Part shown: positions 20,734 through 28,594 of the stretch, in pieces
Numbering within the stretch: the stretch's first letter is position 1
Layout of the letters: every line of letters starts with the position of its first letter
Origin: Chloroflexota bacterium
GTDB lineage: Bacteria > Chloroflexota > Anaerolineae > Anaerolineales > Villigracilaceae
Direction of reading: 5' to 3'
NCBI GenBank assembly: GCA_040754535.1
Contig: JBFMCC010000023.1
Coordinates: 28,570-92,569, forward strand
DNA length: 64,000 nt
Position numbers and translations under genes: made by a program
Notes under the pieces: generated by a model
Told to the model about the DNA's origin: nothing
Database searches by the model: none
What the model saw: the letters and a program-made list of their open reading frames with translations, nothing else

Positions 20734-21617
20734 TTGGTCTTTCTGGCTTTGGCGGATTTGGACCTGGAAAGATTCGGCAATTTGCGGCCGCGCACTTTGG
20801 CGGTGACCGGTTCGGCCGCGACCTTGCGCGCCCGCGCGGCCTTGCGTTCGCGGCGGGTGAGGTCCTTGCGCAGGATTTCGAGCTGGTGCGGCTTGTCCAC
20901 GTCCATGGCCGGCTCGGCGCGGTCCCAGACGATGGCGCGGCCTTTGATTCCCAGCCGTTCCGAAACGTGCCCCACCAGTTCGTCCAGCCCAAGGCTGTGG
21001 GTAACAAAGATCTTCCAGACCAGGTCCCAGCCGACGATGGAAGCCTGGCGCATCGGAGACTTGCGGCTGCCGATCAGTTGTTCCCACATATCGAGATGTT
21101 CGATCGCCATGCGGACGTGGGTGACGTTGATGTCCGCGCCGCAGACTTCCATGTCCTTGAGGCGGGTGTAAGTGCGCTTCGATTCGGGGAAACGCGCCTC
21201 CATCACCTCACGCGGACAGACGCCGTAATAGAGGTCGTCTTTTGTCTGCATGCAAGTGTCCACCAGCCAGTCCACCATGTCGCCCTGCAACGCGGGAATG
21301 TCGGACGAGACAACCAGCACGTATTCGGTTTTCTTATTCAGTTGGATGGCTTTATTCACGCCTGCCACGATGTTGGCGAGCATGCGTCCCTGGTTGGGGA
21401 TGTAGTGGATGGGCTTGCGGCTGGTCAGTCCGCTTTTGGGCGTGAGGCCGACCAGAATGATGTTATCTACGCGTTTCGCGTCGTCGAGCGCGTCGAACAC
21501 CCACTGGATCATGGGCTTGCCCGCCACGTCCACGAGGGCTTTCGCATCGCCCTTAAGATAAACGTACAACGGATCCTCGGGGTTGGGAATTCCACCTGCG
21601 ATGACAATTGCATCCAT
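20730..21617 (-). CDS. MobA-like NTP-transferase family protein with Lys/Arg-rich C-terminal tail
   Basis: MDAIVIAGGIP...LVDVAGKPMI is nucleotidyltransferase-type. AAGGAGA RBS. The tail is RKAARARKVAAEPVTAKVRGRK. Confidence 0.7.
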   Translation of the reverse strand: MDAIVIAGGIPNPEDPLYVYLKGDAKALVDVAGKPMIQWVFDALDDAKRVDNIILVGLTPKSGLTSRKPIHYIPNQGRMLANIVAGVNKAIQLNKKTEYVLVVSSDIPALQGDMVDWLVDTCMQTKDDLYYGVCPREVMEARFPESKRTYTRLKDMEVCGADINVTHVRMAIEHLDMWEQLIGSRKSPMRQASIVGWDLVWKIFVTHSLGLDELVGHVSERLGIKGRAIVWDRAEPAMDVDKPHQLEILRKDLTRRERKAARARKVAAEPVTAKVRGRKLPNLSRSKSAKARKTK

Positions 21618-21667
21618 AAAGATTCTCCTTGTATCCCTCTTCAAAAGGGGATGGGGTTAGGGTGAGG

Positions 21668-22573
21668 TTAGTTAAGTTCCTGCAACTGCGGCTCGAAGCC
21701 AAGCTTATTCAACAGTTCGTCGTATTCAGGCCACGTGAGCGGACGTCCCTTGCCGGAGATCGCCACCAGCGCGGCCTCCATCATGTTCGTCCCAAACGAA
21801 CGGCCTTCCAGAACAGGCGTGGTGGTGACGAGGTATTTCACACCGGCCTTCCTGAACGTTTCCACGTCCTCGGGCGTGGTGGTGTTCGTCACGATGACCT
21901 TGCCTGGCAGGTTGTCGGGCATGAAGCGCTTGATGTAGTGACAGTCGCCCGCAATGACGGTCGCCCAGTCATAGTATTTGCCCCATTTGGGCGTGCGCTT
22001 CTCCTGCTTCTCTCCGGTGGGATAGATCCACTCGAACGGCAGGCGCCCGGCGATGGGCATGAGAATTCCAGCCACCGTCTTAAGTTGACTGAGTTTGCGA
22101 ATGGCAATCGGGATGTCCAGGCCGAACATCAGGTCGCCGAAGACGGTCTCATAACCGGCATCCGCGAAACATTTGGAGAGTCCCCAGCGGTCCACTCCGA
22201 CCGTCACCAGTACTTTGCGGCCATGATCGTCCAGATATTTCTTGATATGCCCTTCCAGGAACGCGGCGGCCTTGTTTTCCAGCGTATTCTTCAAGCCGCC
22301 GCCGTCCACCAGCGGGGTCTTCTTGACGAAGCGCACCATCGGCTGGACCGAATAGAGCGGATACCATTTTCCGTCCGCCAGCACGCCCAGGTCCGCGCCG
22401 CCGACGCCGAAGGCGTCCACGGTTCCATCCAACTCTTTATATTTGAGCGCGGCGGCTTCCATATCGCCGTTCGTGCCGATGCGTTCGATGCTGACCTTTT
22501 CGCCCAGCAGGGTCACTTCCACGGCCTTGTCCCGCTTGGACGAACCGATGCTGATGCTGACTGCACGTTTCAT
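21668..22573 (-). CDS. conserved hypothetical protein (family often annotated quinate 5-dehydrogenase-like)
   Basis: 301-aa ORF with strong GC3 bias, in an operon with the NTP-transferase and PAP2 genes. Confidence 0.5.
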   Translation of the reverse strand: MKRAVSISIGSSKRDKAVEVTLLGEKVSIERIGTNGDMEAAALKYKELDGTVDAFGVGGADLGVLADGKWYPLYSVQPMVRFVKKTPLVDGGGLKNTLENKAAAFLEGHIKKYLDDHGRKVLVTVGVDRWGLSKCFADAGYETVFGDLMFGLDIPIAIRKLSQLKTVAGILMPIAGRLPFEWIYPTGEKQEKRTPKWGKYYDWATVIAGDCHYIKRFMPDNLPGKVIVTNTTTPEDVETFRKAGVKYLVTTTPVLEGRSFGTNMMEAALVAISGKGRPLTWPEYDELLNKLGFEPQLQELN

Positions 22574-22647
22574 TTCCAGCCTCCAGTAATGGGATAGCGG
22601 TTAGTATACACCCAAGCGTAAGGATTGGAAACAACCCCTCGCCCCCT

Positions 22648-24138
22648 CTACCCTCCTCCCCCTCCGCCTCCCACGATCCCACCCTCGGTCAACTTTCTCA
22701 AATCGCCCAACGCGGACTCGATCTCGGCTTCGGTCACCGGGCGGTCTTCGTCGCGGTGCTTGAGCAACCCCGCGCGCGCTTTCTCCATCGCCAGTTCGCG
22801 AATCGAAGCGTTGTTCGCCAGCGCCTCCTTCACCAGCGCCGCGCCCTGAACGTAACCGATCACGGGATTCAACGCCGTCACCACGATGGCGTTCTTCGCC
22901 AGCCAGCCCTCCGCTTTTTCGCGGTTGGCGGTCACGCCTTTCACGGCGCGCTCGGTGAACGCGTTCACCGACCCGATCACCACCTGCATCATCTCGAACA
23001 GGTTGTGCGCCAGGATCGGCATCATCACATTCAGTTCCAGTTGTCCCGCCTGCGCGGCCATCGCCACGGTCGTGTCACATCCGATGACGTGGAACATGGC
23101 CTGGTCCAGCATCTCGGCCAGCACGGGATTCACCTTGCCCGGCATGATCGAAGAACCCGGCTGAACAGCAGGCAGCCTGATTTCGTCGAAGCCGGTCGAT
23201 GGTCCGGAGGAGAGGAGGCGGAAATCGTTGGCGATGCGGATCAGGGTCAATGCCAGGACGCGTAACGAGGCGGAAAAGTCCGCCGCGTCCGCCATGGACT
23301 GCATCGACTCGAACAGGTTATCCGACTCGACCAACTGCAGGCCGGTCAACTCGGACAATTTCTTCACCATGCGTGCGTGGTATTCGGGATGAGCATTCAA
23401 CCCGGACCCGACGGCCGTGCCGCCGATGCCGAGCCGCCTCAACCCCTCCGCGGACCGGCGCACGCGCTCCGCGTCGCGCTCGACGGCTTTGGCGTACGCG
23501 GCAAATTCCTGACCCAGCCGCACGGGCACGGCGTCCTGCAAATGCGTGCGTCCCGATTTGACGACGCCGTCGAACTCTTTTGCTTTTGCTTCCAATGCCG
23601 ATTGCAGATTCTTCAACGCGGCCAGAAACTCGTCGGCGCGCCACAACGCGCCGAGACGAATTGACGTAGGGATGACATCGTTCGTGGACTGCGCCATGTT
23701 GACGTGGTCGTTGGGATGCACGTAATATTTGCCGATCTCGCCGCCCAGAATCTGCGTGGCGCGGTTGGCGATCACCTCGTTGGCGTTCATGTTATGGCTC
23801 GTCCCCGCGCCCGCCTGGAATGGGTCAACGACGAACTCGCCGTCCCATTTGCCGTCCATCACCTCCGCGGCCGCCTGGGCGACGGCATCCGCCAGTTGTT
23901 TCGCGGTGAAGTGCTTGCCGTCCACCTCGCGGTCGTTGAACAAACCCAGTTCGAAGTTCACGAGCGCCGCGGCGCGTTTGATCGCCGCCACCGACCAGAC
24001 AAAGGCGCGCCATGGGCGCAGTCCGCTGATCGGGAAATTGTCAACCGCGCGCTGGGTCTGCGCGCCGTAATATGCCGAAGCCGGGACCTGTACCTCGCCC
24101 AGCGAATCTTTTTCCTTGCGAAAGTCTTTGGCGGCCAT
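22648..24138 (-). CDS. class II fumarate hydratase / aspartate ammonia-lyase family protein
   Basis: GSSIMPGKVNPV is the family signature, with QSTNDVIPT also present. GGAGGA RBS before MAAKDF. Confidence 0.85.
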   Translation of the reverse strand: MAAKDFRKEKDSLGEVQVPASAYYGAQTQRAVDNFPISGLRPWRAFVWSVAAIKRAAALVNFELGLFNDREVDGKHFTAKQLADAVAQAAAEVMDGKWDGEFVVDPFQAGAGTSHNMNANEVIANRATQILGGEIGKYYVHPNDHVNMAQSTNDVIPTSIRLGALWRADEFLAALKNLQSALEAKAKEFDGVVKSGRTHLQDAVPVRLGQEFAAYAKAVERDAERVRRSAEGLRRLGIGGTAVGSGLNAHPEYHARMVKKLSELTGLQLVESDNLFESMQSMADAADFSASLRVLALTLIRIANDFRLLSSGPSTGFDEIRLPAVQPGSSIMPGKVNPVLAEMLDQAMFHVIGCDTTVAMAAQAGQLELNVMMPILAHNLFEMMQVVIGSVNAFTERAVKGVTANREKAEGWLAKNAIVVTALNPVIGYVQGAALVKEALANNASIRELAMEKARAGLLKHRDEDRPVTEAEIESALGDLRKLTEGGIVGGGGGGG

Positions 24139-24290
24139 GTTTCCTCCACCGGGAAAGATTGTTTGTTCCATTTTACACCCATCCATTACATGCTCATAGC
24201 GCCGTCCCCGGCGCTGAAAATCAACCTGTTCGCCGCCGGGGCTTGCACTGAGCCTGTCGAAGTGACGGCGGCTTGAACCGGTTGCGCAGT

Positions 24291-24325
24291 TAAACTTGAA
24301 GAGGCCCGGGGCAACCGGGCCTCTT
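24291..24325. terminator. hairpin terminator between trpB2 and fumarase-family gene
   Basis: gaggcccgg-ggcaa-ccgggcctc. Confidence 0.45.
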
Positions 24326-24358
24326 CGGTGAGGAGGAGAAACTCCGAATTGCGCACCG

Positions 24359-25732
24359 CTACGCGGGCATTTCTACCTTGGGCAGATCCTTCATGGCTTC
24401 CTTCACCGCCTCGGCGGGATACTCGTAATCCTCCAATTCACCGCGCAGGTGCTTCTCGTACGCGCCCAGGTCGAAGTGTCCGTGACCCGACAGGTTGAAC
24501 AGGATGACGCGCTTCTCGCCCTTCCTCTTGGCATCCAGCGCCTCGTCAATGACGGCGCGGATCGCGTGCGCCGACTCGGGCGCGGGGATGATGCCCTCAG
24601 CCTGGGCAAACTGCACTGCCGCCTCGAAGGTGGCCCTCTGGGGCACGGCCACGGCCTCGACCAGGCCCGCGTCCACGAACGCGGACAGGCTGGGCGCCAT
24701 GCCGTGATAGCGCAAGCCGCCGGCGTGAATCCCGGGCGGGACGAAGGAATGTCCCAGTGTGTACATCTTGGCCACCGGGCCCGTCTTGGCCGTGTCGCCG
24801 TAATCGAAGGTGTACTCGCCCTTCGTCAACGACGGCGCGGCGGTCGGCTCCACAGCCAGCAGGCGGGCGCGCTTCCCATCCTTCAGGTTTTCGCGCAGGA
24901 ACGGATAGGCCAGCCCGGCGAAGTTCGAGCCGCCGCCCACGCAACCGACGACCACATCGGGATACTCTCCCGCCATGTCCATTTGTTTGAGCGCCTCTTC
25001 GCCGATCACCGACTGGTGCATCAACACGTGGTTGAGCACCGAGCCGAGGCTGTACTTCTTGGCCCCGCCGGAGGTGGCGGCCACTTCCACCGCTTCCGAA
25101 ATGGCAATGCCCAGCGAGCCGGGGCTGTTCGGGTCCGCGGCCAGAAGCGAGCGTCCGTAGTTCGTGCGGTCGCTGGGGCTGGCAAACACCTGCGCGCCGA
25201 AGGTCTCCATTAACACGCGGCGATACGGTTTCTGCTGGTACGAGACCTTGACCATGTACACTTCGAGCGCAAGGCCGAAGAAATTGCAGGCCATGGCGAG
25301 CGCCGAGCCCCATTGCCCCGCGCCGGTTTCGGTGGTCAGCGCCTTCGTCCCGGCAATCTTGTTATAAAAGGCCTGCGGGATGGCCGTGTTCGGCTTGTGA
25401 CTGCCGGCCGGGGAAACGCCCTCGTATTTGTAGTAAATGTGGGCGGTCGTGTCCAGCGCCTTCTCCAGCCGCCGGGCGCGGATCACCGGGGTGGGACGAT
25501 AGAGCTTGTAGATCTCGCGCACCTCATCGGGAATCTGAATGTAGCGTTCCTGGCTGACCTCCTGCAGGATCAACTCCATCGGGAACAGCACGCCGAGGAA
25601 GTCGGGCGTGACCGGCTCCAGGGTATCGGGGCGCAAGACCGGGGCCGGCGCGACCGGGCTGTCGGCGTTGATGTTGTACCAGAATTTCGGAAGGTCGGCT
25701 TCGGACAAAAGAAAACGGGTTTGGTCGGACAT
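24359..25732 (-). CDS. trpB: tryptophan synthase beta chain-like, TrpB2 type (PLP-dependent)
   Basis: 457 aa. GSHKPNTAI carries the PLP-lysine. The long N-terminal extension is typical of TrpB2. Confidence 0.8.
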   Translation of the reverse strand: MSDQTRFLLSEADLPKFWYNINADSPVAPAPVLRPDTLEPVTPDFLGVLFPMELILQEVSQERYIQIPDEVREIYKLYRPTPVIRARRLEKALDTTAHIYYKYEGVSPAGSHKPNTAIPQAFYNKIAGTKALTTETGAGQWGSALAMACNFFGLALEVYMVKVSYQQKPYRRVLMETFGAQVFASPSDRTNYGRSLLAADPNSPGSLGIAISEAVEVAATSGGAKKYSLGSVLNHVLMHQSVIGEEALKQMDMAGEYPDVVVGCVGGGSNFAGLAYPFLRENLKDGKRARLLAVEPTAAPSLTKGEYTFDYGDTAKTGPVAKMYTLGHSFVPPGIHAGGLRYHGMAPSLSAFVDAGLVEAVAVPQRATFEAAVQFAQAEGIIPAPESAHAIRAVIDEALDAKRKGEKRVILFNLSGHGHFDLGAYEKHLRGELEDYEYPAEAVKEAMKDLPKVEMPA

Positions 25733-25838
25733 TTTGGTCTCCTTGTTTGATAGTTGGTGGATATTGACGGATCAATTGGCAGCGGCGAAAGCACTTCAAG
25801 GTGGATGGAACGAGGCGCGGGCAAACATCTTCTCGACT

Positions 25839-26000
25839 CCTACGGGACGAACAGCCGGGTCGCCGTTTCGTCGCCATCGCGGTCGTCCACGCGCTGTTCC
25901 GCCAGGACGACCTCAGCCGGGGCGACCCTGGTATCGTCGGCGGGATCGCATTCGCGTTCCTGGATTGGAACCCGTTTATCTTCCTGTTTTTTCGCATCCA
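25839..26000 (-). CDS. small acidic upstream ORF (53 aa) between T-box terminator and trpB2
   Basis: ATG with an AAGGAGA RBS. MDAKKQEDKRVPIQERECDPADD... shows strong GC3 bias. Confidence 0.35.
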
Positions 26001-26017
26001 TATACTTCTCCTTTCTT

Positions 26018-26160
26018 CAAAAAAACAAAAACATCCATCCCAAATCATGGGACGGACGTCGAATCCGTGGTGCCACCCAGGTTAGGCTGGAACTCACCTT
26101 ACGCAGTACCGCAAGATTTATCCTGCTCTCGATGCAACATGAATGTTGCGGTACTGGCAT
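26018..26160 (-). promoter_or_regulatory. T-box riboswitch leader (tRNA-sensing) upstream of trpB2
   Basis: T-box motif AACCUGGGUGGCACCACGG (plus-strand 26064-26077). An antiterminator (GGG / 7-nt bulge UGGCACC / ACGGA-UCCGU / CCC) can be drawn. The mutually exclusive terminator is a 12-bp stem (26030-26058) plus a U-run, and a Stem-I-like hairpin lies at 26104-26156. Confidence 0.6.
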
Positions 26161-26175
26161 AACATCGGTGATTAA

Positions 26176-26202
26176 CAAAAAATCCCGTTGTGATGCAACG
26201 GG
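26176..26202 (-). terminator. orphan intrinsic terminator on minus strand
   Basis: cccgttg-tgatg-caacggg followed (minus sense) by UUUUUU. No annotated upstream minus-strand gene. Confidence 0.4.
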
Positions 26203-26567
26203 AAGCCAGCCTCACTCTTTGTAGTCCGCTAGTCTGTTGGTCTAAGTGGTCACAGACGACTAAGGGACTTTGCCTTGATAACGGTGGCAATTCCGGCTCG
26301 GGATACTCTCGGCCTGACCATCGGACTAAGCGACTGTCCGACTACCAGACCAATTTCGCCCTGCAACTCGGAGGTCCATTCGGCGTTGTCGTCTCGGGCA
26401 GGACTTTCACCAGACCGCCTGCTCTCTGAATGGCAGGAGCTTCACCTGCCACTTGCCGTCGTACGACGCGTACTCGTCCTCGTCAGCGTTTTTGTTGGGC
26501 GGAATTATACGCCGAACTGTGGCAGTGTCAATCCTTTTGCCGCGCTCTTTTGGAAGAACCTTGTTTC

Positions 26568-26596
26568 CTTGACCGCCCCCACCCCTCACGGTACAA
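26568..26596 (+). promoter_or_regulatory. sigma70-type promoter of tRNA operon
   Basis: TTGACC, 17-nt spacer, TACAAT, ending 9 nt before the tRNA-Gly 5' end. Confidence 0.65.
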
Positions 26597-26605
26597 TGCA
26601 GGCGA

Positions 26606-26677
26606 TGCGGGAGTCGCCAAGCGGTAAGGCGTCAGCCTTCCAAGCTGATATGCGCGGGTTCGAATCCCGTCTCCCGC
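26606..26677 (+). tRNA. tRNA-Gly (anticodon UCC)
   Basis: Acceptor GCGGGAG/CTCCCGC. Anticodon loop CTTCCAA, T-loop TTCGAAT, discriminator T. CCA is not encoded. Confidence 0.85.
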
Positions 26678-26684
26678 TCTCTCT

Positions 26685-26745
26685 CTCGGTTGAAGGTTTC
26701 AGGTTGAAAGTTGAAGGAAGATTTCGACTTTCAACCTGAAACCGC
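26685..26745 (+). other. perfect 17-bp inverted repeat (hairpin) between the two tRNAs
   Basis: ggtttcaggttgaaagt ... actttcaacctgaaacc with a 15-nt loop. Confidence 0.7.
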
Positions 26746-26748
26746 CCC

Positions 26749-26821
26749 GGGCTCGTGGCGCAGTGGTTAGCGCAGGCGACTCATAATCGCTTGGTCGCAG
26801 GTTCGAATCCTGCCGGGCCCA
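26749..26821 (+). tRNA. tRNA-Met elongator type (anticodon CAU; tRNA-Ile2 not excluded)
   Basis: Acceptor GGGCTCG/CGGGCCC. Anticodon loop CTCATAA, T-loop TTCGAAT, discriminator A. No initiator features. Confidence 0.85.
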
Positions 26822-26955
26822 CTTTTGATTTAAGCAAATGCTCGCCGGCCCCCATTCAGGGGATGATATCCGAATCCCGCCGGGCCCACTTTTGATTTAA
26901 GCAAGTGCCCGCCGGCCCCCATTCAGGGGATGATATCCGAATCCTGCCCGACCCA
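26822..26955 (+). repeat. two tandem ~67-bp units each ending in a degenerate copy of the tRNA-Met 3' end (att-like scars)
   Basis: cacttttgatttaagcaa(a/g)tgc(t/c)cgccggcccccattcaggggatgatatccgaatcc(c/t)gcc(g/c)g(g/a)ccca repeats the tRNA T-arm/acceptor (ggttcgaatcctgccgggccca). Confidence 0.7.
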
Positions 26956-27047
26956 ATTGGTTTGACATGCTATTGCCGGTTTGTACAGAGCGCGGGAGCA
27001 AAAACGCGGTTCTAAGTCTAAGTTGAAATTGAATTATAAATTGATAC

Positions 27048-27076
27048 TTGACAAATGATTCACGACCTTATAGTAT
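27048..27076 (+). promoter_or_regulatory. candidate promoter for radical-SAM gene
   Basis: TTGACA with TATAGT/TAGTAT 15-17 nt downstream. Confidence 0.4.
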
Positions 27077-27185
27077 TGAACAAGTTTCATTAACTCGTGG
27101 GCAAAATTTTAGTGGTACGGGGATCATTGACTAAACCGGCGAAATCCGGTTCATGAATCTTTTCTGAATTCCATAGGAGTCTCCG

Positions 27186-28430
27186 GTGAAACCCTCATCC
27201 ATCCTTGCCGGAAAAGTATATGTCGAGGCCGTGCATGCTGCGTGTAATCGCAGGAAGCTTGACGCCCAAAAAATTGCGTCGTTTTTTGAAAACAACGGAT
27301 ACAGGATCGTAAGGGACCCGGGGGACGCAGATGTGATGTTGTTGATTACTTGCGCGGTTTCGCTCGAAAGAGAAGCCAGCTCGATAAGCCGGATCCATCA
27401 TCTCAAAAAATACGGCGGGGAGTTAATCGTAAGCGGATGCCTTCCGGCGATAAACAAGCAAAAGTTGTCGTCCGTACACAGCGGAGTCAGTATTCCAACG
27501 TCGGAACTCAGTAAACTGGACGACTATTTCCCGAATATGCAGGTCAAGTTCACAGAACTCGGAGACGCGAACCGCTACTGGCCCTCTTATGAAAAGATGT
27601 TCGGTTATCAGTTCTTCCAGGTCGCCGTTGAGAAAATAAAATCCTTCAGGAGACTGCCGCTTAATTACATTATCAAAAAAGAAATCCCGAGATTAATCAA
27701 CCGAACGATTATAAGGAGGAGTGCGGCGGAGATCGAGCCATTTTCCATCAGAATCTCCTGGGGGTGCAACCACCAATGCGCATATTGCGGTATCCGGTCT
27801 GCCGTGGGTAAATTCCACAGCAAACCGCTGGAAACCTGCCGCGCCGAATTCGCCGAGGGCCTGAACAAAGGTTACAGAGAATTCGAACTGATAGCGGACG
27901 ATGTCGGGGCCTACGGCGTTGATATTGGCAAGACATTTCCAGATCTCTTGAATTCCCTGCTCGATGTAAAGGGTAATTACACTATCCAAATCTGGAATCT
28001 CTCCCCTATATGGCTGGTCAAATACCAGGAGGCTTTTGCTCCAATCCTGAAAACGAAGAAAATCAGCGGAATCCATTATCCCGTCCAATCCGGCAGTGGA
28101 AAAATGCTTAAAGCCATGAATCGATACAGCAACGTGGAAAAGATCAGGGATTCGGTGAGGTTTTTAAGAAAGCATTTCCCTTCAATCTCAGTGACCACCG
28201 ACCTGATTGTCGGATACCCTGGAGAGACCGACGAAGACGTTACGGCAACCATCGAGTTTCTCGGCAGTGCTGATTTCGATATCGTCCATATCTTCACATA
28301 CAAGGATGTTCCGAATACGATCGCCTACGCGGCGCAGGATAAGATACCCCCCAATATTATCGAACAACGGGTCAGCAGGCTCCAGCATGGACTGGACGCA
28401 ATGAGCACAGACTATTTAGTTATTGCCTGA
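27186..28430 (+). CDS. radical SAM methylthiotransferase-like enzyme (MiaB/RimO family, no TRAM domain)
   Basis: N-terminal MTTase Cys triad (AACNRR, ITCAV, SGCLP). Radical-SAM motif ISWGCNHQCAYC. ~50% GC. The C-terminus is too short for a TRAM domain. GTG start with an AGGAGT RBS. Confidence 0.75.
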   Translation: MKPSSILAGKVYVEAVHAACNRRKLDAQKIASFFENNGYRIVRDPGDADVMLLITCAVSLEREASSISRIHHLKKYGGELIVSGCLPAINKQKLSSVHSGVSIPTSELSKLDDYFPNMQVKFTELGDANRYWPSYEKMFGYQFFQVAVEKIKSFRRLPLNYIIKKEIPRLINRTIIRRSAAEIEPFSIRISWGCNHQCAYCGIRSAVGKFHSKPLETCRAEFAEGLNKGYREFELIADDVGAYGVDIGKTFPDLLNSLLDVKGNYTIQIWNLSPIWLVKYQEAFAPILKTKKISGIHYPVQSGSGKMLKAMNRYSNVEKIRDSVRFLRKHFPSISVTTDLIVGYPGETDEDVTATIEFLGSADFDIVHIFTYKDVPNTIAYAAQDKIPPNIIEQRVSRLQHGLDAMSTDYLVIA

Positions 28431-28594
28431 TTGGACGCAAAAACATGGTCAAGCCTGCATTCAAATCAATTTCTCGGCAACAATGTAAAGTACAGAAAAG
28501 GGCGCCGCGGAGACATGTGACTGCGTGCGACGCCCACTGCCGTGGCGGGCTGGTACCACATAGTCACCCATAGTGGAAAGACGTAAAAAGCGAC

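Noticed and set aside
20188-21087. Listed 299-aa extent of the PAP2 ORF
   Set aside because: The upstream 118 codons overlap the NTP-transferase gene in another frame. The PAP2 homology and ATGA coupling start at 20733.
25524-26048. 174-aa minus-strand ORF
   Set aside because: Overlaps the T-box terminator, and the shorter acidic uORF sits in another frame. Arg/Pro-rich with no RBS.
26275-26739. 154-aa plus-strand ORF
   Set aside because: Reads straight through the tRNA-Gly gene and its promoter.
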